Source of the DNA: Eledone cirrhosa
Taxonomy: Eukaryota
Direction: 5' to 3'
NCBI GenBank assembly: GCA_964016885.1
Contig: OZ024761.1
Span: 3,596,001 to 3,660,000, forward strand
DNA: 64,000 bases
The notes under the pieces: generated by a model
What the model saw: only the letters and a program-made list of their open reading frames with translations
Told to the model about the DNA's origin: nothing
The model's database searches: none
In this document: positions 1 through 20,300 of the stretch, piece by piece
Layout of the letters: each line of letters starts with the position of its first letter
Position numbering within the stretch: position 1 is the stretch's first letter
Position numbers and translations under genes: made by a program

Positions 1-1295
1 GGTAGTGGCAGTGGTCATTGTAATGGTGGTGATCACTGTAATGGTGGTGGCAGTGGTAATGGTAGTGGTGGTGGTGGTGGCAGTGGTCATTGTAATGGTA
101 GTGGTGGTCACTATAATGGTGGTGGTATTGTTGTAGTGATAGATTAACCACCACCACCACCACCACCACCACCACCACCAGCAATAGTATTCAACTTACA
201 GTTATATGAAGTACTTGATAAAAGAGATTTTAACTGATTGGGAGCCCAACTGTGTTACAACAGTCACTACCAAAATCCACAAATTCTCACCTACTTTCAT
301 GGTGTGAATACCATCACTTCCACACCTGTCTTTGTCACCTGGCATGGGAGGTGAGGTAGTATTTTTTGATCAGATGCTGACACTTATAATCACTTCTTAC
401 AAGATGTAAGGGCACTGTATACTTATTCTAAATACTGGGGTGATATACATATAGTTGTTTACCAAGTACAATAAATCTTTAATGGGGTTTTAGAAAGTAA
501 CCTTAAGAATGACTCTGAAGTTAATCTTTTCATAAATCCATTTTATGTAGTATTAAGTGGGATAAAGGTTTCTCTCTAACACAAACCTATTATTAGCTTT
601 GCCTTTCATCCTTACGGGGTCAATAAAATAAAGTACCAGTAATACACTGAGGTCGATCTAATTAAATTTCCCCTCCCCTTCAAATTACTGGCCTTGTGCC
701 TAAAGTAGAAACAATTATTACAAATAATAACTTTCCAAGGAAATCCTGGTAGATATTTCCTACACATCACATAGCAAAGGGGAGCTGTAACCCCTGATGA
801 AGTTGTAAACACATTGTCGAAACATATGGTACGTCTTGGGTGTTTAACCTGATGGAGCCCATTACCTCTCAAGATCTAAACACAGCCAGTTGATGAGAGA
901 TTACTGTTAAATAAGGTTGGGGTTTTCTTATGCTCCTCACCTCAAGCAAGGCAATAAAGCAACTAAAATACAGAGGGTCACTGAGAAGAACAAGACAGAG
1001 AACATAATTCAAAGAGAGAGAAGATGATGATTGCTGTTGTTCTTGAATTTTTGCCAATTTTAGTAAAAAGTCAGGAAAACAAGGAGCTAGAAGACAATTC
1101 CATAGGTGAGCTGTTGGAAACTATCTGAAGAGATTACATAGGTGAGCTGTTGGAAACTATCTGAAGAGATTACATAGGTGAGCTGTTGGAAACTATCTGA
1201 AGAGAATGTGATTGAATTTAGGAATTTCATCAGTAAACGAATGAGAGCTAACCTCCAATCTGGTGCTGTTTAAACTCTTTTTAAAGACTACTTAC

Positions 1296-1374
1296 CATTT
1301 CTGTCTCCTTTTGGAATGCATCTAAAGAATTCAGGTATCCATTGGCACTAAGATAGTCAGCAACTGCTTTATTC
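1296..1374 (-). CDS. PAFAH1B1: LIS1 (PAFAH1B1) coding exon, LisH motif: (L)NKAVADYLSANGYLNSLDAFQKETEM
   Basis: Minus strand reads ttctatttattttcag|G AAT AAA GCA GTT GCT GAC TAT CTT...GAA ATG|gtaagt, 79 nt. Translation matches the LIS1 N-terminus (human [25 protein letters not shown]). Phase joins exactly to the 32-nt exon at 40500-40531 (CT+G = Leu). Confidence 0.95.
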
Positions 1375-4268
1375 CTGAAAATAAATAGAATAAATTAAAC
1401 AAATTGCAACAGATATTTAACTTTTTAATAACTTACTGTCACCATAAACACAAAACCAAACTTTTAAACCACATCACCAAGCTTTCACCTAGTCCATGAC
1501 AGATCTTGAGAACATTTGCATCATTAGAGTAAACCCCCTAAATTTTCATATGATGCAGTTTTGTACTTTTTGAGGATGTCAGATTAATGTGGTTTTATGT
1601 AGTTCAAGATGTTAAGAGGTAAATTTACATGGGACATGGAAAGGGTTAGTAAAATAAGACACAAAATTCAAGGTACTACTTGAGGTGAGAAGAAAGCAGT
1701 TCCATGCGGGTCAGTGTGTCAGGAATTGTTTAGCCAACAGCTTATTACCTGTCACACTAGACATCACTAAATATTGTCAGGAACTACCTAGCCCTTGTTA
1801 CCTATCACATAGCAATGGTGTCACACTAGACACCACTAAATATTGTCAGGAACTGTCTAGTCCTTATTACCTTGTCACATAGCAATGTCAGAGACATCAC
1901 TAAATATAGTCAGGAACTGTCTAGTCCTTATTACCTGTCACATAATGGTGTCACACTAGACATCACTAAATATAGTCAGGAACTGTCTAGTCCTTATTAC
2001 CTGTCACATAATGATGTCACACTAGACATCACTAAATATAGTCAGGAACTGTCTAGTCCTTATTACCTGTCACATAATGGTGTCACACTAGACATCACTA
2101 AATATAGTCAGGAACTGTCTAGTCCTTATTACCTGTCACATAATGATGTCACACTAGACATCACTAAATATAGTCAGGAACTGTCTAGTCCTTATTACCT
2201 TGTCACATAACAATGATGTCACACTAGACATCACTAAATATAGTCAGGAACTGTCTAGTCCTTATTACCTGTCACATAATGGTGTCACACTAGACATCAC
2301 TAAATATAGTCAGGAACTGTCTAGTCCTTATTACCTGTCACATAATGATGTCACACTAGACATCACTAAATATAGTCAGGAACTGTCTAGTCCTTATTAC
2401 CTTGTCACATAACAATGATGTCACACTAGACATCACTAAATATAGTCAGGAACTGTCTAGTCCTTATTACCTGTCACATAATGGTGTCACACTAGACATC
2501 ACTAAATATAGTCAGGAACTGTCTAGTCCTTATTACCTGTCACATAATGGTGTCACACTAGACATCACTAAATATAGTCAGGAACTGTCTAGTCCTTATT
2601 ACCTTGTCACATAATGATGTCACACTAGACATCACTAAATATAATCAGGAACTGTCTAGTCCTTATTACCTTGTCACATAATGATGTCACACTAGACATC
2701 ACTAAATATAGTCAGAAACTGTCTAGTCTTTATTACCTGTCACACAATGATGTCACACTAGACATCACTAAATATAGTCAGAAACTGTTTAGTCTTTATT
2801 ACCTTGTCACATAATGATGTCACACTAGACACCACTAAATATAGTCAGAAACTGTCTAGTCTTTATTACCTTGTCACATAACAATGTCAGAGACATCACT
2901 AAATATAGTCAGAAACTGTCTAGTCCTTATTACCTTGTCACAACAATGATGTCACACTAGACATCACTAAATATAGTCAGAAACTGTCTAGTCCTTATTA
3001 CCTGTCACACTAGACATCACTAAATATAGCTAGGAACTGTCTAGTCCTTATTACCTTGTCACAACAATGATGTCACACTAGACATCACTAAATATAGTCA
3101 GAAACTGTCTAGTCCTTATTACCTGTCACACTAGACATCACTAAATATAATCAGGAACTGTCTAGTCCTTATTACCTGTCACACAATGATGTCACACTAG
3201 ACATCACTAAATATAGTCAGGAACTGTCTAGCCCTTATTACCTTGTCACAACAATGATGTCACACTAGACATCACTAAATATAGTCAGAAACTGTTTAGT
3301 CTTTATTACCTTGTCACATAATGATGTCACACTAGACATCACTAAATATAGTCAGGAACTGTCTAGTCCTTATTACCTGTCACATAATAATGATGTCACA
3401 CTAGACACAACTAAATATAGTCAGGAACTGTCTAGTCCTTATTACCTGTCACATAACAATGATGTCACACTAGACACCACTAAATATAGTCAGGAACTGT
3501 CTAGTCCTTATTACGTGTCACATAATGATGTCACACTAGACATCACTAAATATAGTCAGGAACTGTCTAGTCTTTATTACCTTGTCACATAATGATGTCA
3601 CACTAGACATCACTAAATATAGTCAGAAACTGTCTAATCCTTATTACCTGTCACATAATAATGATGTCACACTAGACATCACTAAATATAGTCAGGAACT
3701 GTCTAGTCCTTATTACCTGTCACATAATGATGTCACATTAGACATCACTAAATATAGTCAGGAACTGTCTAGTCCTTATTACCTGTCACATAATGATGTC
3801 ACACTAGACATCACTAAATATAGCTAGGAACTGTCTAGTCCTTATTACCTTGTCACATAATGATGTCACACTAGACATCACTAAATATAGTCAGGAACTG
3901 TCTAGTCCTTATTACCTGTCACATAATGATGTCACACTAGACATCACTAAATATAGTCAGGAACTGTCTAGTCCTTATTACCTGTCACATAATGATGTCA
4001 CACTAGACATCACTAAATATAGTCAGGAACTGTCTAGTCTTTATTACCTTGTCACATAACAATGATGTCACACTAGACATCACTAAATATAGTCAGGAAC
4101 TGTCTAGTCTTTATTACCTTGTCACATAATAATGATGTCACACTAGACATCACTAAATATAGTCAGAAACTGTCTAGTCCTTATTACCTTGTCACAACAA
4201 TGATGTCACACTAGACATCACTAAATATAGTCAGGAACTGTCTAGTCTTTATTACCTTGTCACATAAT

Positions 4269-4454
4269 TGTTTCTACTTTTGGCACAAGGCCAGCAATTA
4301 TCCAGTACATTACTGGTACTTTATTTTATCGACCCCATAAGGATGAAAGGCAAAGTTAACCTCGGCGGGATTTGAACTCAGAATGGCAAGGGCCGTAACT
4401 CTATGCGTCAAAGCATGGCGTCCAACCCTCTACCGATACTGCCAATTCACCGCC
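4269..4454 (-). mobile_element. Meta/MESC-core SINE inside the 69-bp minisatellite, with an 18-bp TSD
   Basis: Reverse complement of the 29580 family; attaccttgtcacataat is duplicated on both sides. Confidence 0.85.
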
Positions 4455-5057
4455 AATTACCTTGTCACATAATGATGTCACACTAGACATCACTAAATAT
4501 AGTCAGAAACTGTCTAGTCCACACTAGACATCACTAAATATAGTCAGAAACTGTCTAGTCCTTATTACCTTGTCACAACAATGATGTCACACTAGACATC
4601 ACTAAATATAGTCAGGAACTGTCTAGTCTTTATTACCTTGTCACATAATGATGTCACACTAGACATCACTAAATATAGTCGGGAACTGTCTAGTCCTTAT
4701 TACCTGTCACAACAATGATGTCACACTAGACATCACTAAATATAGTCAGGAACTGTCTAGTCCTTATTACCTGTCACATAATGATGTCACACTAGACATC
4801 ACTAAATATAGTCAGGAACTGTCTAGTCTTTATTACCTTGTCACATAACAATGATGTCACACTAGACATCACTAAATATAGTCAGGAACTGTCTAGTCTT
4901 TATTACCTTGTCACATAATAATGATGTCACACTAGACATCACTAAATATAGTCAGAAACTGTCTAGTCCTTATTACCTTGTCACAACAATGATGTCACAC
5001 TAGACATCACTAAATATAGTCAGGAACTGTCTAGTCTTTATTACCTTGTCACATAAT

Positions 5058-5243
5058 TGTTTCTACTTTTGGCACAAGGCCAGCAATTATCCAGTACATT
5101 ACTGGTACTTTATTTTATCGACCCCATAAGGATGAAAGGCAAAGTTAACCTCGGCGGGATTTGAACTCAGAATGGCAAGGGCCGTAACTCTATGCGTCAA
5201 AGCATGGCGTCCAACCCTCTACCGATACTGCCAATTCACCGCC
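5058..5243 (-). mobile_element. Identical duplicate of the SINE at 4269
   Basis: Same sequence and flanks, shifted by 789 bp. Confidence 0.85.
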
Positions 5244-6765
5244 AATTACCTTGTCACATAATGATGTCACACTAGACATCACTAAATATAGTCAGAAACT
5301 GTCTAGTCCTTATTACCTTGTCACAACAATGATGTCACACTAGACATCACTAAATATAGTCAGAAACTGTCTAGTCCTTATTACCTTGTCACAACAATGA
5401 TGTCACACTAGACATCACTAAATATAGTCAGGAACTGTCTAGTCTTTATTACCTTGTCACATAATGATGTCACACTAGACATCACTAAATATAGTCGGGA
5501 ACTGTCTAGTCCTTATTACCTGTCACAACAATGATGTCACACTAGACATCACTAAATATAGTCAGGAACTGTCTAGTCCTTATTACCTGTCACATAATGA
5601 TGTCACACTAGACATCACTAAATATAGTCAGGAACTGTCTAGTCCTTATTACCTTGTCACATAACAATGATGTCACACTAGACACCACTAAATATTGTAA
5701 AGAAAGACTATCATTTATTTAATTAACTCTAATATATTAGTAGGCAACCAATTGTCAGAGTTGTTAGGACATTGATAGAATGTTTTATGGTATTAATTCT
5801 GGTACTCTGCTCTCTGAGTTCAAATCCCGCTGAGGTCAACTTGGCCTTTCATCCTTTCGAGGTTGATAATATACCAGTCGTCGGTCTCACTTCCTCTCTA
5901 TCCCTCTCTTTCACTTCCTCTATCACTCTCACTTCCTCTATCACTCACTCTCACTTCTATCCGTCACTCTCACTTCTATCCGTCACTCTCACTTCTATCC
6001 GTCACTCTCACTTCTATCCCTCACTCTCACTTCTATCCCTCACTCTCACTTCTATCCCTCACTCTCACTTCTATCCCTCACTCTCACTTCCTCTATTACT
6101 CACTCTTTCTCATGGGGTCCTGTAAAACGATGTTGTAGGGTCAACATTGATTTCTAATTTAGGCACAAGGGCAGCAAATTTGGAGGAAGGGTAAAGTTGA
6201 TTGAATCAACCCCAGTACATGACTGGTACTTTTATCAACTATGAAAATATGAAAAGGCAAAGGTGAGCTCAGTGGGAATGGAATGCAGGACATAAAAGAA
6301 CCAGAACAAACACCACAACAGCAGTTTACTGAACAGTGAAAGTATTTGCTTGGATAATAGGGTGATTCATAGAAATGTATATTGAAGTGGTTGGCATTAC
6401 CAGGTTTGTAAGACACGAGGAGCTCACCACTGAAAACCAACAAACAACATTTATACACACACAGAGAGAAAGACCTCCTTCCACATAAACCCCTCCCACG
6501 ATGCTTAATTCAAAAACCAGAAGATTTACAACTTCATAGTGTCACAAGCCCATTGCCTACCCTATATGTCATCTGCCACTGTTTATTATTATTATTATTA
6601 TTACTACTACTAGGGCAGTGGATTGACAGTAATTGGTAGAGCATCTAACACCCTACTTTGCAGCATACAGTCACAAACCTTTACGTTCTGAGTTCAAATC
6701 CCGCCAAGGTTAGCTTTGCCTTTCGTCCTAACAGGGTCGATAAAATAAAGTACCAGTAACACACT

Positions 6766-7548
6766 GGGGTCAGTCTCTGGTACACAATGGTACAGTCCTA
6801 GACTGTGTAGGAGAGGGGTCTCTGGTACACAATGGTACAGTCCTAGAGAGTGTAGGAGAGGGGTCTCTGGTACACAATGGTACAGTCCTAGACAGTGTTG
6901 GAGAGGGGTCTCTGGTACACAATGGTACAGTCCTAGACTGTGTAGGAGAGGGGTCTCTGGTACACAATGGTACAGTCCTAGACAGTGTAGGAGAGGGGTC
7001 TCTGGTACACAATGGTACAGTCCTAGACAGTGTAGGAGAGGGGTCTCTGGTACACAATGGTACAGTCCTAGACAGTGTAGGAGAGGGGTCTCTGGTACAC
7101 AATGGTACAGTCCTAGACAGTGTAGGAGAGGGGTCTCTGGTACACAATGGTACAGTCCTAGACAGTGTAGGAGAGGGGTCTCTGGTACACAATGTTACAG
7201 TCCTAGACAGTGTAGGAGAGGGGTCTCTGGTACACAATGTTACAGTCCTAGACAGTGTAGGAGAGGGGTCTCTGGTACACAATGGTACAGTCCTAGACAG
7301 TGTAGGAGAGGGGTCTCTGGTACACAATGGTACAGTCCTAGACAGTGTAGGAGAGGGGTCTCTGGTACACAATGGTACAGTCCTAGACAGTGTAGGAGAG
7401 GGGTCTCTGGTACACAATGGTACAGTCCTAGACAGTGTAGGAGAGGGGTCTCTGGTACACAATGGCATAGTCCTAGACTGTGTAGGAGAGGGGTCTCTGG
7501 TACACAATGGTACAATAGTAGACAGTGTAGGAAAGGGCTCTCTGGCAT
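6766..7548. repeat. 45-bp minisatellite
   Basis: Unit ggggtctctggtacacaatggtacagtcctagacagtgtaggaga; begins at the 3' end of a SINE. Confidence 0.95.
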
Positions 7549-8825
7549 ACATAACCTGTCCACTGATATCCAGTGGTCTCAGTGGACAGAATGGAGAAAA
7601 CTTTGCCCCAGAGGATAGTTAAGGGGAAACGCATTGAAATAGCCACTCCAGACTTTCGGGGTTCACTCCTTTGATAGCAATGAGTAGAGAGGTGGTTTGG
7701 TGACTCAAAAATACAGTAAGTTTCCCCAGTGCTACAGCTCCGGTAACAAACCTATCAGAGATCGGCCAACACTTCAACAGCTTACGATCTCTGGCTTGTC
7801 GTCCAAACAAAACTTGGCTCCATTACCAAATGCACCAGGTTGCCTCGCATTATTAATTCAATGCTATAGCAGCCAGCAGATAAGTTACTAACTACTAAGT
7901 AGTGAAGGTGGGAAGTTAGGAATTAACATCAAACAGATCACCAACACAACAACACTGCATTCTTCAAGTCCAGCCAACCAGAGCAAACATTTCTAAACCA
8001 TTATTACTGGCTGTGGGAGCCATGTGCTTGTTAAGCCAGCCAGTCGGGGAACAGCTACAGATTGTCTGACTCACCACACACACACACACACACTATGTGT
8101 CTGTGTAAGGAGGTGTGTATATGTGTGGTGGGTGTGAAAGTGTGTTGCGTATGTGCATGTTTGAAGGGGTGTGTGTGAAGGTGTATGTGCGAAGGCGTGT
8201 GTATGTGTGAAGGGGTATATGTGTGTGAAGGGGTATATGTGTGTGTGTGTGTGTGTGTGTGAAGGGGTATGTGTGTGTGTGTGAAGGGGTAGGTGTGTGT
8301 GTGAAGGGGTATGTATGTGTGTGTGTGTGAAGGGGTATGTATGTGTGTGTGTGTGAAGGGGTATGTATGTGTGTGTGTGTGTGAAGGGGTATACGTGTGT
8401 GTGTGTGTAAAGGATAGATGACTTAGTAGTTAATGTGTTCAACAGAAGATCTTAATTTCTGATCCCTATCAGCGTGGGAATCTGTTGCAATCCACTCAAC
8501 TGGAAAAATAGTTAGTTGCACATGTAATTCAAAATGTCACCCTGCGTTACACCGAGTCTCCCTGACAACTACTACATCACCGCTACAAACGTCTGTGGAA
8601 TGCACAGCCACTTGCTTGTCAATTTCTCAAGCAGACCGTGTTCCATTGATCAAACATGCACTTTCGGAAACAATAAAGGTTTAACACACACACTCAACCT
8701 TCAGGTTTTGCAATCCAATTTGAATTTAACCCTTTTGTTCCCATATTTTTAATGAAAGACACTGCCAGTGATTTCCATGTAATTTTGAAAGTAATCAAGT
8801 ATTTAGAGAGGTTTAGTTATATAAC

Positions 8826-9706
8826 GAGTGGTGTAGAACGTCAGATAGAATGGTAGAGTGGTTAGAACGTCAGATAGAATGGTAGAGTGGTTAGAACTTC
8901 AGATAGAATGGTAGAGTGGTTAGAACTTCAGATAGAATGGTAGAGTGGTTAGAACTTCAGATAGAATGGTAGAGTGGTTAGAACTTCAGATAGAATGGTA
9001 GAGTGGTTAGAACTTCAGATAGAATGGTAGAGTGGTTAGAACGTCAGATAGAATGGTAGAGTGGTTAGAACGTCAGATAGAATGGTAGAGTGGTTAGAAC
9101 GTCAGATAGAATGGTAGAGTGGTTAGAACGTCAGATAGAATGGTAGAGTGGTTAGAACGTCAGATAGAATGGTAGAGTGGTTAGAACTTCAGATAGAATG
9201 GTAGAGTGGTTAGAACTTCAGATAGAATGGTAGAGTGGTTAGAACGTCAGATAGAATGGTAGAGTGGTTAGAACGTCAGATAGAATGGTAGAGTGGTTAG
9301 AACGTCAGATAGAATGGTAGAGTGGTTAGAACTTCAGATAGAATGGTAGAGTGGTTAGAACTTCAGATAGAATGGTAGAGTGGTTAGAACTTCAGATAGA
9401 ATGGTAGAGTGGTTAGAACTTCAGATAGAATGGTAGAGTGGTTAGAACTTCAGATAGAATGGTAGAGTGGTTAGAACTTCAGATAGAATGGTAGAGTTGT
9501 TAGAACTTCAGATAGAATGGTAGAGTGGTTAGAACGTCAGATAGAATGGTAGAGTGGTTAGAACGTCAGATAGAATGGTAGAGTGGTTAGAACGTCAGAT
9601 AGAATGGTAGAGTGGTTAGAACGTCAGATAGAATGGTAGACTTGTTAGAACGTCAGATAGAATGGTAGACTTGTTAGAACGTCTCATAGAATGGTAGAGT
9701 GGTTAG
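8826..9706. repeat. 29-bp minisatellite derived from a SINE head
   Basis: Unit tagaatggtagagtggttagaacgtcaga; runs directly into the SINE B box and core. Confidence 0.9.
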
Positions 9707-10304
9707 CTCTCAGTTCAAATCCCGCCATGGTCAACTTTGCCTTTCATCCTTTCAAGGTCGATAAAAAGGAAGTACCAATCTAGTACTGAGGTTGATTCAT
9801 CTTCTATATCTCTTTCCCACGTCCTTTCTCTCTCCTTCTCCGGGAGACATCAGCTGTGTTCAGACCTGAAGAGGAGATGGGCTCTAGACACGCTGTATGT
9901 CACTACAGCCTCCCTATGACTCAACAATTACTGGTTACAGAAATCATATAACTAGCTCAATATTAAGCTAGTGTTTTGAATATAACAAACGTTCATACAT
10001 AACATTGTCTTCAAAGATATTGAGATTACTTTAAACAGCTTTGTACCATATAACCTGGGACAGATACAGTTGATTTGGTATCAGTGGCTGAATGGTGTAT
10101 ACACACACATCTATGTATATATATATTCCCTTGCTTTCAGAGAAAATGGATATATGATAATATATACGTATGCAAAAAGTAAATGGAAACAACAAAGCAA
10201 ACACAGCACAACAAAATATACTAGTTTAATGCTTCTTGATATAGTAGGAAAATAGTTGCAACATCTTGGGCACTGGTCCTTCATCAGAAGATAGAATGAG
10301 ATGA

Positions 10305-11640
10305 TGCTACATTGAAACAGGCTCAACTCTGAGCTAAACAACAACAACTATCTAATGCCACATTGAAACAGGCTCAACTTTGAGCTAAACAACAACAACA
10401 ACTATCTCATGCCACATTGAAACAGGCTCAACTGAGCTAAACAACAACACCAACAACTATCTAATGCCACATTGAAACAGGCTCAACTTTGAGCTAAACA
10501 ACACCAACAACTATTTAATGCTACACTGAAACAGACTCAACTGAGCTAAACAACAACACCAACAACTATCTAATGCTACACTGAAACAGGCTCAACTGAG
10601 TTAAACAACAACACCAATAACTATCTAATGCTACACTGAAACAGGCTCAACTGAGCTAAACAACAACACCAACAACTATCTAATGCCAGATTGAAACAGG
10701 CTCAACTTTGAGCTAAACAACACGAACAACTATCTAATGCCACACTGAAACAGGCTCAACTGAGCTAAACAACACCAGCAACAACTATCTAATGCCACAC
10801 TGAAACAGGCTCAACTGAGCTAAACAACAACACCAACAACTATCTAATGCTACACTGAAACAGGCTCAACTGAGCTAAACAACAACACCAACAACTATCT
10901 AATGCTACACTGAAACAGTCTCAACTGAGCTAAACAACAACACCAACAACTATCTAATGCCACACTGAAACAGGCTCAACTGAGCTAAACAACAACACCA
11001 ACAACTATCTAATGCTACATTGAAACAGTCTCAACTGAGCTAAACAATAACACCAACAACTATCTAATGCTACATTGAAACAGGCTCAACTGAGCTAAAC
11101 AACAACACCAACAACTATTTAATGCCACATTGAAACAGTCTCAACTCTGAGCTAAACAACAACACCAACAACTATCTAATGCTACATTGAAACAGGCTCA
11201 ACTCTGAGCTAAACAACAACACCAACAACTATCTAATGCTACATTGAAACAGGCTCAACTGAGCTAAACAACAACACCAACAACTATCTAATGCTACATT
11301 GAAACAGGCTCAACTCTGAGCTAAACAACAACACCAACAACTATCTAATGCTACATTGAAACAGTCTCAACTGAGCTAAACAACAACACCTACAACTATC
11401 TAATGCTACATTGAAACAGTCTCAACTCTGAGCTAAACAACAACACCAACAACTATCTAATGCTACATTGAAACAGGCTCAACTCTGAGCTAAACAACAA
11501 CACCAACAACTATCTAATGCCACACTGAAACAGTCTCAACTGAGCTAAACAACAACACCAACAACTATCTAATGCCACACTGAAACAGTCTCAACTGAGC
11601 TAAACAACAACACCAACAACTATCTAATGCCACACTGAAA

Positions 11641-11641
<1 letters not shown>
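10305..11641. repeat. 55/57-bp minisatellite
   Basis: Unit ctatctaatgctacattgaaacaggctcaactgagctaaacaacaacaccaacaa. Confidence 0.95.
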
Positions 11642-17322
<5,681 letters not shown>

Positions 17323-20300
17323 GCTACCAAGCACCCACGTGAAGCGCCAACCCAGAGACCCTCCCCTACGAGTGTCGACAAATGCCCAAAACTCCGAGTT
17401 GGTACCATCAATGTAGGCTCAATGAAAGGAAGAGCAGGAGAAATCGTAGAAATGCTAGAGCGAAAGGAAGTTGATGTATGCTGTGTGCAAGAGACTAGAT
17501 GGAGAGGAGGGTCTGCTAGAGTCCTTGTAGGAAAAAGCCAGTGCTACAAATTTTTCTGGGTGGGAAATGACGATGGGATGGGTGGTGTAGGTATACTATT
17601 AGCTGACAAGTGGGTAGATAAAGTAATCTCAGTGTACAGGGTAAATGCAAGAATCATTAAACTCAGACTAGTCCTGAATAAGACAATTACCACAATAATA
17701 TCAGCTTACGCACCCCAATCGGGGCTGCCAGACGAACTTAAGGATAGGTTTTACGAGTCCCTAATACACACTACTGCTCTAACAGACGACAAGGACTTCC
17801 TAATCATTGCAGGAGATTTTAACGGACACGTAGGTAAACACTGCGACGGCTTCAATAGAGTACATGGAGGCCATGGAGTTGGCACAAGGAATGAGGAAGG
17901 ATTCAGACTTCTAGAATTCTGCGACGCCAATGACATGTCGATATGTAACACAAACTTTAAAAAACCCGACAACCACCTGATCACCTATAGATCAGGGGAG
18001 CACTCTAGTCAGTTAGATTTTATTCTCATCAGAGGACGTGACAGATGGACGGTCGTAAACACAAAAGCCTTCCCTAGTGAGGAATGTACATCCCAACATA
18101 GCTTAGTTGTCAGCGACCTCACGGTCAGAACTAGACGAGCCCTGAAACAGAGGCCAACCTGGAGAAGAAAGATCTGGAAGCTGAAAGTCCCCTCAACCAG
18201 TAACAGATTTAAAGATATTTTACTCAACGCCTACGACAGTAAAGAAGAACAGATAGAGACATTTAACGTAGAAGAGAACTGGGAGTTCCTAAAAAATAAC
18301 TTACTAGAGGCGACGGATGAGGTTTGTGGCTGGAGTAAGACCTCAAGCAGGAGGAGAGTGACTTGGTGGTGGAACAATAAGGTAGATGAAGCAGTCAAGG
18401 CCAAGAGACAGGCATGGAAAGAATGGAAGAACGGGGGGAGCAGGGTACATTACATAGAGACCAAGAGGGAAGCTAGGCGACAAGTATACTTAGCTAGGAG
18501 GGAAGCAGAGGATAGAAAATTCAAGCATGTTTTACAACGTGAGGACCAGAAACAAGAGGTATTCAAGATTGCGAGGCAGTGTGTCAGAGATAGTTGTGAT
18601 GTCATTGGAGAGAAGTGTATCCGGAATGATAAAGGTGAGCTTGCCCTCACAAGTGCTGAGAAGAAAGATGCATGGAAGAGTCATTATGATAGATTACTAA
18701 ATGAGGAGAATGCATGGGAAGAAGAGACCCTACCCCACGTAGACCCTATAGAGGGACCAGCAGTACAAGTCAGCGGCAGCGTAGTAAGTAAGGCAATCAG
18801 AGATATGAAGATAGGGAAGGCAACCGGTCCATCGGGTATAGCTGCCGAGATGCTGAAGGCATCTGGGTCTGTAGGTCACACTATAACCACACGTATCGTT
18901 AACCAGGTAATACTAGAGGGGGCCATACCAAAAGATTGGTGCAGTAGCATCATTGTCAACTGCTACAAAGGTAAAGGCGATGCACTAGATAGAGGAAACT
19001 ATAGAGGTATAAAGTTGATGGACCAGGTCATGAAAGTAACAGAAAGAGTTATAGCACAGCTGATTAGGGACCGGGTGAATATAGACGAGATGCAATTTGG
19101 GTTTGTTCCAGGGAAAGGCACCACTGATGCGCTCTTCCTTGTGAGGCAATTACAGGAAAAGTACCTAGCTAAAAGTAAGCCACTCTACTTGGCATTTGTC
19201 GACCTTGAGAAAGCCTTTGACAGAGTTCCACGTGCAGTAATCTGGTGGGCTCTTAGAAAACTAGGAGTAGATGAATGGCTTGTGAAAGCGGTACAAGCCA
19301 TGTATAGGGGAGCAGTCAGCAAAGTTAGGATTGGCAATGAGTATAGCGAGGAATTTAGCGTACAGGTTGGGGTCCACCAGGGCTCTGTTCTTAGCCCTCT
19401 CCTGTTCATCATAGTCCTGCAGGCAATAACGGAGGAGTTTAAGACCGGATGCCCATGGGAACTCCTGTATGCTGATGACCTCGCACTCATAGCTGAATCT
19501 ATGGTAGAACTAGAGAATAAATTCCAAACCTGGAAGCAGGGACTAGAGAGAAAGGGCCTCAAAGTCAACATGACAAAGACTAAGGTCCTTATAAGTAGAC
19601 GAGAAAACAGAACCCAGATCCCCTCAGGGAAATGGCCTTGCTCAGTATGTAGGAAAGGTGTAGGTAGGAACTCCATCCTTTGCCCCAAATGCAAACAATG
19701 GGTACACAAGAGATGTAGCGGGATCTCAGGAAGCTTAATTAAGAATGTAGGATTCACATGCAGCAGCTGTGCTGAAACAGCAAGCAAACAGCCACAGGAA
19801 ACAAGTACCACCAATCTCTGGGAGGGCCCTGTAGAAACAGTAGACAGCTTCTGCTACCTAGGTGACCGAATTAGCAACGGAGGTGGGTGCTCAGAAAGTA
19901 CAATAACTAGGGTAAGAACGGGATGGAAGAAGTTTAGGGAACTACTACCACTGCTAGCTGCAAAAGGCTTCTCCCTCAGAATGAAAGGCAGACTGTATGA
20001 TGCGTGTATCCGAACAGCGATGTTGCATGGTAGTGAGACCTGGGCGCTGAAGGTGGAAGACTTACGTAGATTAGAGAGAAACGAAGCCTGCATGCTCCGA
20101 TGGATGTGTAACAGTAATATACGTGAACGACAAAGCATAAATGAATTGAGAGAGAGACTGAGCATAAGAGGAATCAAATGCTGCGTGCAGGAGAGGCGGT
20201 TACGCTGGTATGGACATGTGATGCGTATGAAGGATGACAGCTGCATAAAAAGGTGCAGAGCACTAGAAGTTGATGGAAACCGCGGAGTGGGGAGACCCAA

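Larger units (their letters stand above)
1745..5697. repeat. ~69-bp minisatellite
   Basis: Unit gtcacactagacatcactaaatatagtcaggaactgtctagtccttattacctgtcacataatgat with small indels. Confidence 0.95.

Noticed and set aside
1-1295. Next LIS1 exon (expected ...KKY.GLLEKKWTSVIRLQKK)
   Set aside because: Not found by eye; presumably lies beyond the left edge of the window.
1872-4059. Repetitive ORFs SHNDVTLDITKYSQELSSPYYL
   Set aside because: 69-bp minisatellite with frequent 1-nt indels; no coding constraint.
6770-7552. 260-aa repeat ORF (PLCTRDPSPTLSRTV)n
   Set aside because: 45-bp tandem repeat with no splice or domain evidence.
9860-9905. CTGAAGA-GGAG...CTCT hammerhead-like string in a SINE tail
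   Set aside because: Other copies (25908, 36792) read CTGGAGA and lack a coherent stem II-GAAA junction.
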